Assembly (NCBI GenBank): GCA_033442325.1
Contig: JAWQFM010000009.1
Span: 1,864,006-1,928,005, forward strand
From: Salpingoeca rosetta
Lineage: Eukaryota > Protista > Choanoflagellata
Direction of reading: 5' to 3'
DNA length: 64,000 nucleotides
This document shows positions 18,461 to 45,304 of this stretch, piece by piece. The number at the start of each line of letters is the position of its first letter. Position 1 is the stretch's first letter. Below the pieces are notes generated by a model. That model made no database searches. It was given only the letters and a program-made list of their open reading frames with translations, and was not told the origin of the DNA. Position numbers and translations under genes: made by a program.

Positions 18461-18913
18461 GCCGGGTGATGCAACACACGCTCTCCGTGCAATGCCGTGT
18501 TGTGCAGCAGTCTTGTGCTGTGACAAAGTGTGGCGTGGTGTTGTGGCTCGGCTGGTACTGCACACCAAACATAACACAACACCAGCATGCACGGCACCTT
18601 GCTCTGGAGCACAAGCTTCCATATTCTTTTGTTGTTTGGTTAGATTACCACCACCCCCTCTCCTTCCTCCTCCTCGTCATGCACCGTGATAACGCGTGTT
18701 CATGGCCACTTGCATATCTGGCCCTTCACTCCCCTGTTTCTGCTTGTGGTTCCGCTCGTATTGCTGTTGTGTTGTTGTGTGTGTGTGTGTGTGTGTTTTT
18801 CATCGGTTGCTATCATGGTTTCTCCTCTCCTGTACATGCACACTCCTCTTCGTCGTCGTCCTTGTTGCTCTGATTCACTCTCTAAACCGATGCAATGACA
18901 GACCCACACATCA

Positions 18914-18979
<66 letters not shown>

Positions 18980-19374
18980 AAGGATTGCAGCCGGGGGAGG
19001 GGGTTAGGGTTGTGTGTGACACGACTGCGATTGAAGTCAAAGGCGAAGGCGCTATTTGATTGGGAGTGACGGAGAAGCAGTGACGAGCGAGGAAGCAGGG
19101 AGGGAAGCAGGAAGGAAAGAAAGAAAGGAGGGAAGCCTGGGCATCGGAGGAGGAGAGAAGGAGATAACGGAGATGCATTGCAACACGGCACCAACAGCGA
19201 AATTAGGAGAGAAAAGGGAAACAGACAACACCCCCCCCCCCCAGGCGAAGGATGGGAAGAACGACAACTCTCGTATAGGGAGGAGGAGCGGAACAGCGGG
19301 CACAAAAAGATCATCTGCTGCTCTGAAGAAACACGTGCACGCTCGCATGCACTTGAAAACCAGAAACGTGTGCT

Positions 19375-19410
<36 letters not shown>

Positions 19411-19417
19411 CGCTGGT

Positions 19418-23255
<3,838 letters not shown>

Positions 23256-23490
23256 GGTGGCAGACCAGACAAAACAAAGGGCGGGAAGGAAGGAGCACGA
23301 GAGCAGAGTAGAGCAGAGCAGAGCAGAGCAGGTGGTGGATGCGAGCAGCAGCAGCAGCGACTGGGAAAGTGCTCAGCGCAGAAAAAGCGGAGGGTGATAT
23401 GGACTGATTTCATGGTGTCGTGGACAGTTTTATCCTGTTGCTGGTTCCGCCGCGCCATCACACTGCTTGCACCACACACGCACTCGTACC

Positions 23491-24170
23491 ATGCACCCGC
23501 AGCTGAGCGAAGAGCTGCGCCCCGAGTGCGCGCACCTCATCAAGGCACTGCGCCAGTGTCACGAGGAGGTGAGGCTCGAGCCCACGCGCAAGGGAGGCGG
23601 GATGTCTATCCTCTCTGTTTAGTGTGCTTGTGGACCTGTTGCTTGCAACCGGAATTGCCATCTGCTTTCATCTTGCGTTGCGTGTGCATTGTGTGGATTT
23701 TGTTTGACATTTTGACGTGTGTGCGCTGGTGCACTTTGCTTGCTTGGCTTTGCCTCTTGTTAGAACCCAAAAGCCAAGCTGATGGGCGCCTGCAACGAAA
23801 TCAACAGTGCCTTGGACAAGTGCCTGAAGGAAGCAGTACGTTTTGGATTGTGTGTGTGTGTATGTGTGTGCGTATGTGTATGTGTGTGTGTATGTGTGTG
23901 TGTGTGTGTGTGCTGACGTGCTTTGAGCTGGTGGCGCGGAGGTGCTTGCCCTCCCCTCCTCAACCTGCCCCATCGTACGTGACACGTACGCATACAGCAC
24001 GAGTGTTGCTGTCATTCACACTTTTGTTTGCCGCCCCCCCCCCCCAAAAAAAAAAAAAAAACACACACACACACGCAACCTGACAGCGGGAAGCGCAGCG
24101 ACAAAAGAACTTGGCCAAGGCGCGCAAGCGCAAGGAGGCATTGCGGAAGCAGCGCGAGCACCAGCAATGA
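23491..24170 (+). CDS. CMC2: Twin CX9C mitochondrial COX assembly protein CMC2-like (77 aa; exons 23491-23568, 23764-23835, 24087-24170)
   Basis: MHPQLSEELRPECAHLIKALRQCHEENPKAKLMGACNEINSALDKCLKEAREAQRQKNL... The MHPxL start and two CX9C motifs are typical of CMC2. Confidence 0.88.
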
Positions 24171-25515
24171 CTGGCTTGCTGTGACATGCGTCTGACATGA
24201 CTGTGTGCGCTTGCACGCATGGCGCTTGTTCACATCAGTCCTTTCAGTGCCTTTGCCAGTAGTTGCACTGCTTGCCTATCTCTCGCTCTTAACTCCTTCC
24301 AGTTTTGTTTCTTCTTGGTGCTCCCGCCTCTTCTCCTTTGTTGTACATAAATCACCAGTAAACAACCAGCCCACTGTTCAACACCACGTGCCGTGCACGT
24401 GTGTGTGTGTGTGTGTGTGTGTGCGTGTGTGAGTGTGAGTGTGTGTGTCTGTGTGTGTGTGTGTCTGTGTGTGTGTGTGTGTGTTTGCACCTTTCTCACG
24501 TTCCTTGGCAAAGCGAAGGTTTTGAGTTGGTGTGTGGCGAGGCAGCCAATCAGTAGGCGGTTTCAAGTGTTGGCAAGCAGGCATGGGGGGGGCGTAGTTT
24601 AATGTTTCAGAAAAGAACAACACGGAAGCGACGATTCAGTAGGCTCAAACACGCACACGACAAACGACAAACGACCCTGCGACATGCACGTGACGGCAGC
24701 AATGCATGGTGCATGTGATCATGAACACAACATGCAGCGGGGCAAAGGAAGGAGGGAGAAGAGGGAGGGTAGAGTGACTGTCACATCACACGCCATTGTT
24801 TCATGTGCACTGCCAAGTGTGCACGAGCACCAGTGGCAGCGTAGAAACCAAAGGAAAAAAAAAGGGCGCGCAAATGCGTGCATGCGTGTGTGTGGTGAAG
24901 GCGCAGCTGTGGGAAGCGCGTCACACCAGAAGCACGAGGAGCACGCATGCCCAGTCGCAGCAGTGCATGGGGAGCGAGAGGGCGCGAGGTTGCCGTGTGG
25001 GCGAGCACAAAAATAACACGGGGACAGGCAAGGCACTATGTACCAACAGCAGCAACAATAAACATCAAACAACATTTAACAGCAAAGCAGCAGCAGGAGG
25101 AAGCCAGCCGCACATATCTTCAGTTAGGTCATCAAGCAGGTCAGTCACAATGTCACATTGTGGGCACGAAATGGTGGTGGAAAATAAAAGACACCATACA
25201 ACAAAGTGCCAAGCAGCAGAGAGAACAGCAAAGCAGTTAGAACAGCGCGGCGCATGCGCAAAGACAACGCACCGAAACGCGCGCAAACACAGACACGCGC
25301 ACATACACGAAGCAACGGAGAACGCCCAGCGCTCTGTGTGCCACAGGGAGAAAAACAAACGCGTGTGTGTCTGCAGGACAGGCACACGGGGATGGCCATT
25401 GCACAGGAGATGATACAAAGGAGAAATAGAGAGAGACAGACAGAGAGACAGACAGAGAGAGAACGTGAGCGGGTGTCATCGCGGTGGGATAGGTCAATTC
25501 GCCTGCACCATTTCC

Positions 25516-27017
<1,502 letters not shown>

Positions 27018-29123
27018 CGTCGTCGTCGTCGTGTGTGGAAGCAAGGAAGGAAAGAAGGTGGGGAGAAAAGGCAAGGAAGCAAGGGAAGCAAGGGAAGCAA
27101 AAGGCGAGGGAAGGGAAGCGAGGGTGATTGCTGTATCAGAGAGGGGGGGGGGGAGGGAAATGGTTCAGACGTGCTTGAGCGAGAAGCAGCGCAAAAGTAT
27201 TGTGGGGAAGGAAGGGGTTGCTCCAACAAAAGCAAAGGCGCTCATCAATTCTCACTGCCTGGCACGAACACGCTCAAACGTGTCAGAGAAGAAGGGTGTG
27301 CTCGAAACAATAAATGTCACATCAATGAACAACAAACACAAACAACAGCACCAAACAAGCTTCAACACGCTCGGAGGGAGGAGGCGGGGTGGTGTTTGCG
27401 TTGGCGAAGGAGGAGGTGAAAATGCAAACAACACAAACACGACAAACACTGTCACCTGCTGAAGCAAAAGCAAAAGGCAAAGCCAACCAAAAGGCACGAC
27501 CAAGCCAACTGTAAGGATATGGAAGAGAGAGGGAATGGAATGAGAAACAGGTGCGTTTCTGGCGCGCTCTTTTTGTCTGTGCGTCCCTCGCTGCTGTTGT
27601 TGTTGTTGTTGGTGTTGTTGTTTGTTGGTTGCAAGTGTTGACGCGAGTGCTGATGGAAGATGCGAGGTTGCTGAATGAATGGGCGGGGGGAGGGGGTGCT
27701 ATGCATGCGCTTCGGTTATTGTGTCATCGCGCACACAACCAAAGCAACACCCGCCGTCGTCTTGCTGCTGTTTGCTTGCGTTGTTGTGCGCGTTTGTGAC
27801 TTTCTGCACGTCTTGGCGAAACCCGCACGTTTCACCGCAACGAACCACCGATCTCGGGTGTCTCGCAATCGCTCACGCGCCACCGCGCTGTTCCCCAAGC
27901 ACGCAGAATGGTCTGCTCTTGTCCAACCAACCAACCACACCAGCAGAAGAACCGCAAACGAAACATTTCTCCCACACAGCACCACTGCACCGCTGCTGAT
28001 AAGCGCCCTCTCGTTGCTTGCTTGAGCGAACAACAACAACGAAAATTTCAGTGCGCCACGACTACAAAACATGGGGTCGGGTCAGATTTCACGGTGCCGG
28101 TCGATACGTGCGCTTCGTGCGCATTGGAGCATCTGCGCTTGTGATGTGTGGGCACGAGACGTGGATGTTTTGGCGCCAAAATGGGCACAACAGCGCGAGC
28201 AAGACAAAGCACGCAAGCGCGAGTCGTATGTATGGACGCGTGAGCAAGCATTGCTGCTGTTGGTCGTGGTATCGTCTGCAGAAAACGTGTGGCAAACGCA
28301 CAAACCAAACAAACAACGAATGGAGGAGAAGAAGGTGGTGGAAGTCGTGTCCAACACACGCAGACACATGAAGGTGAGAAGGAGAAGGTTCGGTTTGGCT
28401 GTCGACCTCGCAAACAGTAAAAGAGCAAAACACGTCGACACTTCAGCTAGGTCGCTCAGGTTGAGAGGGTCAACAGCTAACATAGTAACATGGACATGTT
28501 TGCGGACGTTGCTGATGTGGTTTGTGGGTGCTCTTGTTTCAGCTTTGTTGGTTGCATTGGGTGTCATGTAGGCTTGCTGACTAATGCGACTTGCAAAAGT
28601 TGTGTGCGTGGGAAACCCTCTCGTGCAGTGGAAGTGGTGTGCAGCGCACGTCGTCTTGCAAATGGCCGTCATAGCGTCATGCGAATTGCGTGACAACGCG
28701 TCGTTGTTGTGCTGGGACCATGCCACAAACAAAGACACTGCACAAGACATGCAGCCACGAACAAAAGGCAAGTCGTGAGTGCGTGCACAACCTCCAAAAC
28801 AAAACATCAAAACGTCGCCAGCACCAACAGAGACAAAGGCAATGCAACCGTTTTTCAAACGCACATGCACACAACACGCCACAAACCTTTCAAATGGCTT
28901 GCCAACAAAGACAACGTGCATCGATATGTGGATGTTCATTTTGTTGTGGCTGTGTTTATTGTTGTTGGTCACGCTCTCACACGACAAGGTTGGAGGGAGG
29001 AGGTTGAACACGGTGGCTTGCACCTCCGCTGTGCACAACAAATGTGTGTGTGTGTGCGTGTGTGTGTGTGCGTGCGTGTGTGTGTGTGTGTGTGTATGTG
29101 TGTGTGTGTTGGTAACGCTTGTC

Positions 29124-35832
<6,709 letters not shown>

Positions 35833-35998
35833 GCTGTTGCTGTGGTGCTGTGCGTTGGTGCTGTGCGTTGGTGCTTGGTTGTCGTGTTTGTTTGTTCGTG
35901 TTGTTCGTCGTTTGCGTCGTTTGTCACTGCTGCTGATATCCGTTGTGTTGGTTGACGTGAAAAGTCGAATTTTCCCTTCCGCCCAAAGGCAAATTTGC

Positions 35999-36053
<55 letters not shown>

Positions 36054-36132
36054 ACTGACGACAAGCAACGTCGCTCCTCACGCACTCTCATCACTTTCAC
36101 ACACCACCACCCACCACCACCCACCAAGCGAC

Positions 36133-37056
36133 ATGTCCGACAAGCCCTCCGACTTTCTCAAGAAGATCCACCGCCAGAAGGTGGTTGTCAAACTCAACTC
36201 CGGCATCACATTCACAGGTGCGTGTGTCTGTGTTGTGTTGTGTTGTGTTGTGTTGTGTTGTGTTGTGTTGTGTTGTGTTGTGCTGTGCTGTGTTGTGTTG
36301 TGTTGTGTTGTGTTGTGTTGTGTTGTGTTGTGCTGTGTGTGTGTCTGTGTGTCTGTGTGCCTGTGTATCTGTCTAGCTGTGTCTGTCTAGCTGTCTGTTT
36401 GTCTAGCTGTGTGTCTGTGTGTCTGCCTGGCTGTATGTTTCTGTCTTTTGAAGCACGGAGTTCTTGTCGGCGAAATGCGCGCCCCTTTGTGTTCCCTTCC
36501 CTTTTCACCCCCTCACACCTCGTCCTTGTTGGAACCTTGCTCTTTGCTGATGGGGGTTTGTTGCTGTGCAGGCCGATTGGCAGCGTTGGATGCGTTCATG
36601 AACGTCGCGCTGGAAGATACAGAGGAATATGTGAACGGCAAGGTGAGCGATGGTGACAAGGGGTGTGTGGCTGCTCTGCCCAAGTGGAAGGCTGTCCTTT
36701 GCTTCTGAATGCGATTGCCTTGCATCGTTTTCACCAACTTATGTGCGCGCGTACCCCTTGCAGCAAACGGCAAAGTACGGAGACGCCTTCGTTCGCGGCA
36801 ACAACGGTGAGCTGCACGTGCATGCGCAAGCAAGGGAGAAGGTTTGTGCAGAAGGTAGAGAGGATGGAGGGTGTGCAAGCACAAGCCAGCGCTGCTGTTC
36901 CATCCACCGAGACTGGCATTGTTTGTCCCTCCCCCCCCACACACCCACGCACGCACGCTGAGTGAGACTGGCATCGTTTATTCACATGAGCACACAACAA
37001 ACCACGTCACACATTATCCAGTGCTGTACATCAGCCCGGCGGAAGAAGAGGAATGA
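36133..37056 (+). CDS. LSM6: U6 snRNA-associated Sm-like protein LSm6 (4 exons)
   Basis: MSDKPSDFLKKIHRQKVVVKLNSGITFTGRLAALDAFMNVALEDTEEYVNGKQTAKYGDAFVRGNNVLYISPAEEEE-TGA. Confidence 0.95.
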
Positions 37057-37193
37057 AGGAGGACGTGGAGCACGCAAGGAAGCGAGGACAAGCAAGAGAA
37101 AGAGAAACGAAGGGCAACGAGACGAGAGGCGATGGAAGATGGGAGAGAGAAGGAGGAAGAGGAATGGGTCGAGTACAATGGATCGACAGCAAC

Positions 37194-37452
37194 TCATCTG
37201 CGCCGCTCCATGCTTGGTCGGCACTCGGGACAGAACCTGCAGTTGGTGATGTGGGGTGCGGTTGGTGGATGGTTGGTTGTATGGGGTGTACACATGTTGT
37301 TGACGTGAAGACGAGAGGGACAGCACCACGCGCGCACAGAACAAGTTTCACCCATCGTGAGTAAACGGAACCAAACCCCCCAAGCCCAAGACAAGCACCA
37401 AGTGTGTGTGTATGTGTGTGTGTGTCATTGTGTGTGTATGTGTGTGTGTGTC

Positions 37453-37521
<69 letters not shown>

Positions 37522-38391
37522 ATGCGTCGCTGAACATCCACGGCAAGTTAGGAAGGGAGCAAATGGGATGCGCATGGGGGCGAGGGCTGAAGTGTTTCGG
37601 GTGGAACGCAACGTGGCACAAACAACAAACAAGTGCATCAGACACAAAGGCGCGCACGCACCACTTCTTTGACGTTGGGGCCGCGGTGAGGCCGACGCAC
37701 TGGTAGTGGAACCATTCCCCGGGGCAGTCATCGTTGTCGCAGGCCACCATATCGCCCGTGGTCTCCGTGCAGTTGGGCACGCAGTAGTGCTGCTCCTGCT
37801 CCTTCTCTTTCTTCCGCCTGGCACACGGCAGCGGATTTGGGAGGGGGGGGGGATGGAATGGATTGAGCAAGATGTGAGGTGGTGAATGCGAGGCAAGGTG
37901 AAGGAACGCGCAGACAAACAGACAGACAGACAGACAGATAGACACACAGACACACAGACACACACACACAGACACACACACGCATGGACACCGCAGCACG
38001 TACGATTTCCTGGAGGCCTTCTTGCTGCTGCGTTTCTTTGCCTCTGCCTGTGCTGCCGGCGTGGGCGCGCTTGTCTCCACTGCTGGCGCCGGGACGGCTG
38101 CCGTCTTGTTCGCGCCGCCACCGGACGATGACGCCGCCCCGCCACTCGCAGACGCACGTGAGCTGCTTGCTGCTGCCGTTGCCGGTGCTGCGTTGCCGGT
38201 GCTGCTGCTTGCTGTGTCCTTGGTCTTGCCCTGCTTTGACCGTCGCGATTCCTGCCGCGCCCGCCGCTTTGCTGATGTTCCGCTGGCGCCACTGCTGCTT
38301 CCCTGAGTTGTCGACGCGCGAGGCCCGTTCTCCTCCCGCGCTGCGCGCGCGCGTGTGTGTGAGAGAGTGTGCGTGTGTGTGTGGGGTGGGT

Positions 38392-38445
<54 letters not shown>

Positions 38446-39299
38446 CGCGTGCACAAGCAAACACACAAGCAAACACACACACCAACACACACACACACAC
38501 ACCAACACACACGCACGCACGTCATGCGACAGTGTGATTGTGCAAGAACGTGTGCCCCTGTATTCATGCAGCAAGAACCACACCATCCATGCACGCATGC
38601 TCCCCTCCCCTTCTTCAACGAACGTTTTGCGTAGTTGCCTGAGAGATATTTTTGTTTCTCTTGTTGCAGCAGCTTGTTGTGTTGGTCAAGGAGTTCCTGG
38701 ATGTCATCGATGATCACTTGCTTGCTTGCGTTGAGCTCCTTCAACCGTTGCACGCAACCCTGTTGTTGTGTTCAAGTGTACACATGTCACACGTACACAA
38801 ACACGCGCCAGGACAGCAACACGAACAACGACAGTATGAACAACAACACCTGTGGATCAAGCACTCGCCAGCTTGTAGACGCCAGGTGCCCTCCTCGCAC
38901 GGCACAAGCACAACAGACTGGCAAAGGCCACACACACACACACACGCACACAGACACACATACATACACACCTGGAATTTGGCGATGGTGGTTGGCTCAC
39001 TGAGCTTCTGCTTCAAGGATTCGACCTCACGCAAGACACCTTTCGCAGCAACGATCAAACAAACAGAAGGGGTGCGTTGGTGAGAGAGCGCACGGCCAGG
39101 TTGCAGGTGCATCATCGCACCGCTCCACAAGGCAAGAGCCAAAGGTGAACCATCACCACCACTACTGCAACAACGCAGCCAACCCCCATCCACCTTGAAT
39201 GTCCATGTCTTGTTGACGGATCAGCGAGAGATGCCGCTGCACATCCCCAGGAATCACCTCAAAGGTGGCCAGGTACTGGGTCAGATACGTGGCGCTCAT
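37194..39299 (-). CDS. ING: Inhibitor of growth (ING) family PHD-finger protein
   Basis: N-terminus [27 protein letters not shown]; [46 protein letters not shown]. Paralog not resolved. Confidence 0.92.
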
Positions 39300-39305
39300 C
39301 TCACC

Positions 39306-39349
<44 letters not shown>

Positions 39350-39352
<3 letters not shown>

Positions 39353-39490
39353 CGAAGTGAGGGGGTGGAAGAGACACAGAGACAGGCAGAGACAGACGGG
39401 GAGTGTGTGCGTGAGTGCGTGCGTATGAGAGAGAGAGACGAAGTGAGGGGGTGGAAGAGACACAGAGACAGGCAGAGACGGGGAGTGTGA
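39350..39490. repeat. Direct duplication of about 55 bp upstream of ING
   Basis: gacgaagtgagggggtggaagagacacagagacaggcagagac(agac)ggggagtgtg occurs at about 39350 and about 39437. Confidence 0.85.
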
Positions 39491-39786
39491 GCGTCGTCGT
39501 TGGGATAACTGTGCAGCCAGTTGCGTGGAAAATTGGCTGATGTTGTTATTTTCAAACTTTCAGCAACGCAGCGAACAGATATGAGCCAAGCGCAGCGAGA
39601 CAGCCAAGGTGCGTTGGTGCGGGATGGTGGTATGATGGGAAGGGCGGACAAAGACAAGCGAGAAGGAGAAGGGGCAGTGAGGGAAGAGCACGCTCTTTTT
39701 CTCAACACCCAGCTCACGGAGACCCTTGTTCACAAACGCATCCATGCACGCACGACGTGCACAACGCAACAGGCGGGCCGGCCCCG

Positions 39787-40755
39787 ATGGACGTGGCCGA
39801 GGAGCGCATGATCATCCCCAACTGCACACTGGTGCGTGTGGGTGTGTGGGTGTGTGTGTGCATCTGTGCTCTGTGTGCATGTGCGTACGTACTTTGTATG
39901 CGTGCGTGTGTGCGTGTCTCTCTCTGTGTCTGCGCGTTTGTGTGTGTGTGCTTGTGTGCTTTGTGTGCTTGAATGGAAATGAGCGTGCCTCACAGCGACC
40001 GCCAAATGCCCTACTGGTATGCAGGCTGTTGAGGAGTTCCCAGAACAGTACATAGAGTCACAATGCTTGGCTCGTCTACTTCACATTGCGGAACACTGCC
40101 CACAAGCAAGACTCAAGGCGCTCAAGTAAAACGGAGACACTTGTGTGTCTGTGTCTCTGTGTCTGTGCGGCTGTGTGTTTGTGTTTGTGTCTGTGTGGAC
40201 ATGTCTTTCTTTCTTTCTCTCTCTCTCTCTCCCCATCTCACACGCTCACACCTCTCACTCACCCATTCGCTCACACACTCTGCCCACTCACGCACTCTTC
40301 TCCCCCCTCCTCCCCCCCCACACACACACACTCTCTCTCTTCGTGGCGCTGCTTCCAACGCCAAATTCATGGTTGCACCGCGCATGACTTATGTCATGTC
40401 CCATCGACAGAGTGGCAGAGAAGGTTTCGCGCCAATGCATGGACGTTGGCATGCAGCGACAGATTGTCAAACTCCTTCGTGCTGCTTGGTGCGTGCTGTG
40501 TTTGCGTTCATGCACATGTGTGTGTGTGTGTGTGTGTCTGTCGACAAGTGTGCGTGCGTTCTTTGTCCGTTGACGAGCCAGTGCAGCACTCGCACACCCA
40601 TGCACCATTTTGCACGTGAAATCGCCTTCTCACCCGTTCATCCTCCACCTCCCGGCTGCAGCGTGGACCACAACGAACCATATCCCAGCGGCATGCCCAG
40701 CGAGGCGCTCATCGACGCAAAGTCCCTTCGCGTCAAGGAAAAGGCACGCATGTGC

Positions 40756-40818
<63 letters not shown>

Positions 40819-41226
40819 GCATGCCGAGCCATCTCTCGGGGCCGCTCCCAGCTAGAGGGTAGGCGTATGGCATGGCGAGTAAATAGTGACCATACCTGAC
40901 ACCAAACGATCATCTTTGCTTGAGGCAGTATAGCAGCCACACCTGAGCGTACCATAGTGCACCGGCATGAAGCCCTCTATGAAACAATTGATTGCGTCCG
41001 CGAGTGCCCCAAGCATCAGAGGACACTATCGATGTGAATGGAGACGTGGCGATGCAACATGGTCAGTCTTTCTCCATAGCCACATGATTAGCGCGTAGAT
41101 CTAAACATCGAGGCGCTTATTGAGATCACCTGATGAAGTCATTGACATAAGATTGTGTTTAGCACTACCTGCGCTGGTCTAATTTCGCACAATCAAAACC
41201 TTGCACTGCACCAAATCGACTACGCC

Positions 41227-41287
<61 letters not shown>

Positions 41288-41425
41288 GTGACTACTTCTG
41301 CCACCGTGACCGCTGCCGCTTTTGTTGTGATTCGATGCCAGTCATGTACGCCCTGCTGAGATGCATGCCCGCATGTGTGAGTCCCGTCACCTCACATCCC
41401 CACTCCCCTTCCAAATGTGCGTGTG

Positions 41426-41512
<87 letters not shown>

Positions 41513-41845
41513 AGGGAGGCGCGACGGGCGCTGCTGTATGCGCGCAACTATTTGCCGCACTCAGACTCGCTGTCGTTTGTGCTGAGTCGCCTCCTGCTTG
41601 TTCTTCTCGCTGACGGCGATTTTGATGGCATCCTCGCATACGCCCCGCGCCACCGCGAGCTCCTCAGCACACAGTTCAACGTGTGTGTGTTTGTTTGTTT
41701 GTGTTTGTTTGTTTGTGTTTGTTTGTTTGTTTGTTTGTTTGTTTGTTTGTTTGTTTGTTTGTTTGTTTGTTTGTTTGTTTGTTTGTTTGTTTGTTTGTTT
41801 GTTTGTTTGTTTGTTTGTTTGTTTGTTTGCTTGTGTGTGTGTGTG

Positions 41846-41907
<62 letters not shown>

Positions 41908-43946
41908 CCGTCTCCGTCTCTGTCTCCGTGTGGCTCTCTGTCTCTGCGCTTGTCTGCTGTCAGCTGTCCATGTGCATGCCTGGGCAGATGTGCTCTGGGG
42001 TTCATTCTGCCCCTTTGGTCCTCTCACAAACGTGCGCACGTGTCCCTACCTCCACCATGACAGGAGAGTGCGAATGTCACTATGCTGTGCTGTACAGGTG
42101 CGTCTTCGTCGCGTGCACCATCGACACACCCTCCCTCCTGCGCCACTGCCGTGATGTTCCCCCCCCGCTCACATGCTGCTCCACACCATCAGCACCTCAC
42201 CCCCTTCCCCTTGTCGTTTTATATATATGTGGTTATATATGTGTGTGTGCGTGCGTGTGTGTGTGTGGTGTGTGTGTGTGCGTTTTAGGGCTGGCGTACA
42301 TGCACAGGAAGCAGTACAGGGACGCTGCAAACGCCTTTTTGAAGCTCACCCTCAACGACCAGTTTGAGGAAGTCATGGTGCGCTGCACCTTCCCAAACCT
42401 TTGCCCATTGTGTGTGTGTGTGTGCGGGTGTCTGTGTGTGTGTGTCTTGTTTACTGCGCCCTTGGCTTACCTCACATCGCCACCCATATGCCCACCACCT
42501 GCTCACCGTGCACACACACACACACATATCCCGCGCTGCGCCTGCCATGTGCACAGCTGCTGAGTCCGAGCAACGTGGCGACGTACGCGACCCTGTGCTG
42601 TCTTGCGTCCATGAGCCGTGACGACATCAAGGACAACCTCATCCTCAACGCGTGCGTGTCACACATTGCGCAGCGCGCACACTTAGTCTCCCCTTGCTGC
42701 TGTTGGCTGCGCGTATTGGTACGGTGGAAGAGGCGGCGCGCCTCCGTGTCAATCCGCACACCAGCTGCTCACTCGCGTTCTGGTGTCTCTGTGCCTGCTT
42801 TGGCTGTGTGCGTGCGGCGGTGGTGATGGTGGTGGTTGGCGCTGCTCTTGCGTGTGCCGTGTGTTTGTGTGTGTGTGTGATGGGTGCAGGGAGTTTCAGT
42901 CGTTTTTGGAGGCGAGCGGGCTCGTGCGCACGCTTGCGCAGTGCTTCCACGCATCCAAGTTCAAGAAGTGCCAAGAGCTCATCACAAACTTGAAGGTGCG
43001 CTCTGCAGTGTTGATGTTTCAGATGAACCCTGAACACACCCAGCGACCCTGATACGCACATCCTCACCCCAAGACATCTGTGGGGCATTGCGTGCACATG
43101 TATGCGTGCGTGTGTCTGTGATGTGTGCGTGTACGAACTTCAGAACGACTTGTATGCGGACTTGTATCTGTTTCCGTGCGTGGATCATCTCCTCGGCCAG
43201 ATCAGGATCCGCGCCTTCAACCAGGTGCTGGTGCTCTTGGTCTTGTTGTGGTTTTGTTTTTATTTGTGTGCGTGCGCTTACGCTTGACTTTGTGGTTTTT
43301 GGAGCTCTTGTCTGCTCTTTCGTGCTTGTTCTTGTTCTTGTTTTTATTTGTCTTGCTCACGGCTATCATCGTTGTTCGCCTCACACGCTCTCTCACGCAT
43401 TGTGGCCTGCACGTTCTCCCCCCCCCCCCAACTCATCGTCTATTTTTGCAGTATTTCTCGCCATTCAAGAACGTGACACTGTCTGCCATGGCCGCTGCTT
43501 TCGACACCACCACGGAGGTGAGGCCACAACGCCCAATGCTATGACAACACAATCACACACACGCACGCATGTGCACACGCACAATAGCTCGCACATACAC
43601 ATACACACTCACACTCACTCACTCACTCACTCACTCACTCACTAACTCACTCACTCACTCACTCACTCACTCACTCACTCACTCACTCACTCACTCACTC
43701 ACTCACTCACACACACACACACATACATATTCACGCACATACACACACGTGCACGCGTCTGTGTGCCGTTGGCCTTTTGTGATGATGTTGCCCACCGCTC
43801 CATTCTGTCGTCATTGCACTTGGTTCCCTTCCCCTTCCGCAATGATTTGCTTGCTTGCAGGCATTGGAAGACGAGCTTGCGCGCGTCATTGCTGACGACC
43901 AGCTGAGCGCCCGCATCGACAGCGACCGCAAGGTTCAGCCGTACTT

Positions 43947-44004
<58 letters not shown>

Positions 44005-44534
44005 GTGCTGGCGCAATGTGCCTGATGATCACTGTTTGTTCTTTGTGTACGTCGTGTACGTCCGCATTCACCCCGCATGTGTGTGTGTGCAGGTGCTGTG
44101 TGCTGTTGAGAGAGATCCTCGCCAGCACGCTGTTGATCGTGGCATCCAAGTGATGCAGCGCTTCCAACGCACAGCGGAGGTAACCAACCGCCCGCGTTCC
44201 TTTTCGCCTCGCCACAACACTCGTGCACATGACGCACACACTGTGCCTCTTGATGCCTTGATACCCCGCACGCCTTCACCACACACACACACACACACAC
44301 GCACACACACACACACGCGCGCGCGCGCAGGCGCTGCTGCTGAATGCAGCTGTGTTGCAGAACAAGCTGCATAACGCCAACCCCAGCAACAGCTCGGCCA
44401 CCGCGGCAACAGCGACACACGGCGGTGCTTCAAGGGTGGCGCGGGCACGCGCGCGGGACGCATCTGATGGCTATTGACACACGCGCATGCGCGTGCAGGG
44501 CGGCGGCGGCGGTGATGATGACGTTGCGGTTTGA
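39787..44534 (+). CDS. GPS1: COP9 signalosome subunit 1 (PCI domain), multi-exon; part mis-assembled, 3' end approximate
   Basis: LARLLHIAEHCP; GLAYMHRKQYRDAANAFL; LLSPSNVATYATLCCLASMSR; DLYLFPCVDHLLGQIRIRAFNQYFSPF..LSAMAAAF..LEDELARVIADDQLSARIDS. Stop is at 44477 or, if spliced, 44534. Confidence 0.9.
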
Positions 44535-44704
44535 TGCGTGGTGGTCGATATGCTGGGCGCCGACCTCACGCGTCGACACTGCCTGTGTTGTTGTTGTTGT
44601 TGTTGGTGTTCTTCAACGAGCAAGTAAATGATTGGTTGATTGGTGTGGTTGCAAGGAGGGGAGCATGTGGGCGTTGGGATTTTGACTGCTGTCAGAGCAG
44701 ACAA

Positions 44705-44852
<148 letters not shown>

Positions 44853-45304
44853 AACACAGACAGACAAACACAGACAGACAGACACACACACACACACAGA
44901 CAGACACACACACACACACAGACAGGCAGGCAGACAGACAGACACACACACACACTATTGATTCACTTTTCTTTCTGTCTATGAGGCGCGTGCTCTCACA
45001 CACATTCACCCATACGCACCGCTGCCCTTTGTTTTGCCGCGATTGCCTTCCCCATCTTTGAGCGCCGGGAGCAGTGTAAGATTTCAGCGAGTTTTCCCCA
45101 ATAAACACTCAAAACACACACACACAAACACACACACACACACACACACTGAATTCAGTGAATGCCTTGCAGCACACATTTCTGATGTTGTTGCGATGCG
45201 TTTGAAGGTGTGTGTCCATTATTTCTCCTCCAACGCTGCTCCTTGCGCCTTGCCTGCCATCCCACTGCAACACGGGGTAACAGCAGGCACCAGATGAACA
45301 CAAG

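Noticed and set aside
28071-28571. 166-aa plus-strand ORF
   Set aside because: No recognisable motifs or convincing exon structure; probably PREP 3' flank or promoter sequence.
40820-41290. Compositionally odd stretch inside CSN1 where expected exons are missing (possible mobile element)
   Set aside because: It is bounded by GT repeats and has no ORF or element hallmarks; most likely low-quality or collapsed assembly.
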